Shown here: positions 23,452 to 23,874 of the stretch, piece by piece
Layout: each line of letters opens with the position of its first letter
Position numbering within the stretch: the stretch's first letter is position 1
Assembly: GCA_049973735.1 (NCBI GenBank)
Contig: JBMFJL010000004.1
Span: 1-23,874 of the forward strand
DNA: 23,874 nt
Direction of reading: 5' to 3'
Source: Nanopusillaceae archaeon
GTDB lineage: Archaea > Nanobdellota > Nanobdellia > Nanobdellales > Nanobdellaceae
Position numbers and translations under genes: made by a program
Notes under the pieces: generated by a model
What the model was told of the DNA's origin: nothing
Databases searched by the model: none
The model's input: only the letters and a program-made list of their open reading frames with translations

Positions 23452-23500
23452 TGAATTTGCCGAGTACTGATAAATGATGACTTTTACCCGTTCTGAGTCT
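23445..23500 (+). ncRNA. C/D box sRNA (2'-O-methylation guide), fully canonical
   Basis: C box AUGAUGA 23448-23454. 12-nt guide AUUUGCCGAGUA 23455-23466. D' CUGA 23467-23470. 3-nt spacer UAA. C' AUGAUGA 23474-23480. 12-nt guide CUUUUACCCGUU 23481-23492. D CUGA 23493-23496. The box spacing is exactly the archaeal 12/3/12 architecture. Confidence 0.88.
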
Positions 23501-23571
23501 TTTTAAGATTGAATCTAATTGAATAGCACTTATAAAAGGATATTATTCCTAATATTTCGGAAATATTTTTA

Positions 23572-23874
23572 TTATTTTCCAAAGAAAGACAGAATATTTT
23601 TCTGAGTACCTTGTTTATATGCTTTTTTCAATTCTTCAATCGCTTTATTAACTCTTTCTTCTGAAAAATCATGTTCATCAATTAATATTTTCCTTATTTT
23701 TTCTTCATCAATTTCTCCAAACTTTATATCTTCTTTATTTACTTCAATTACTGGTGGATCTAAGAAAAATTCTTCCAATTCTTTCCATGAAATATCTTTA
23801 TAATATTTTTCCCATCCAACATATTTAAATAATCTTTCAGGATCGTTATTATTTTTTACCAATTCATATGCAGT
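23572..23874 (-). CDS. fen: Flap endonuclease 1 (FEN-1), C-terminal part. The 5' end lies outside the window.
   Basis: The frame is open to the window edge (TAYELVKNNNDPERLFKYVGW...). IDEHDFSEERVNKAIEELKKA matches the FEN-1 C-terminal region. It ends in a PCNA-interacting PIP box, QKNILSFFGK. Confidence 0.8.
   Translation of the reverse strand, partial: TAYELVKNNNDPERLFKYVGWEKYYKDISWKELEEFFLDPPVIEVNKEDIKFGEIDEEKIRKILIDEHDFSEERVNKAIEELKKAYKQGTQKNILSFFGK

Overview
AT-rich (about 27% GC by eye), very compact archaeal chromosome segment. I call 26 protein-coding genes or gene halves, 1 gene remnant and 2 small guide RNAs. I found no rRNA, tRNA, CRISPR array or recognisable mobile element. All calls are by-eye motif recognition; no searches were run. 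Housekeeping content is clearly archaeal: exosome Rrp4/Rrp41, EF-2, diphthine-ammonia ligase, RNase J, class-II GlyRS, FEN-1 and an Lhr helicase core. Genes are packed with 1-7 nt stop/start overlaps. Divergent promoters sit in 35-40 nt spacers, which implies leaderless mRNAs. Several genes look truncated or split (Lhr core only, NEMF/Rqc2 C-terminal half only, a SPOUT methylase tail without a start codon). This fits a reduced Nanoarchaeota/DPANN-like symbiont genome, but that lineage guess is inference only. The items most worth follow-up are listed here. (1) A four-CBS protein whose C-terminus looks like a bacterial HPF/RaiA ribosome-hibernation domain, translationally coupled to rrp4-rrp41. 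(2) Three tandem paralogous multi-pass membrane proteins of unknown family. (3) An overlapping MazG-like / THEP1 NTPase / ferredoxin / ferredoxin operon. (4) A GC-rich hairpin with K-loop and ACA box, a likely H/ACA guide RNA, between convergent genes. (5) A textbook C/D box sRNA whose C box contains the stop codon of the upstream gene. (6) A short alpha-glucan phosphorylase homologue with the PLP-binding Lys replaced by Arg. (7) A roughly 125-aa insertion in the GlyRS catalytic core. (8) A minimal type IV filament locus with a half-size platform protein and tiny pilins. (9) A repeat-rich, probably highly expressed surface glycoprotein candidate.
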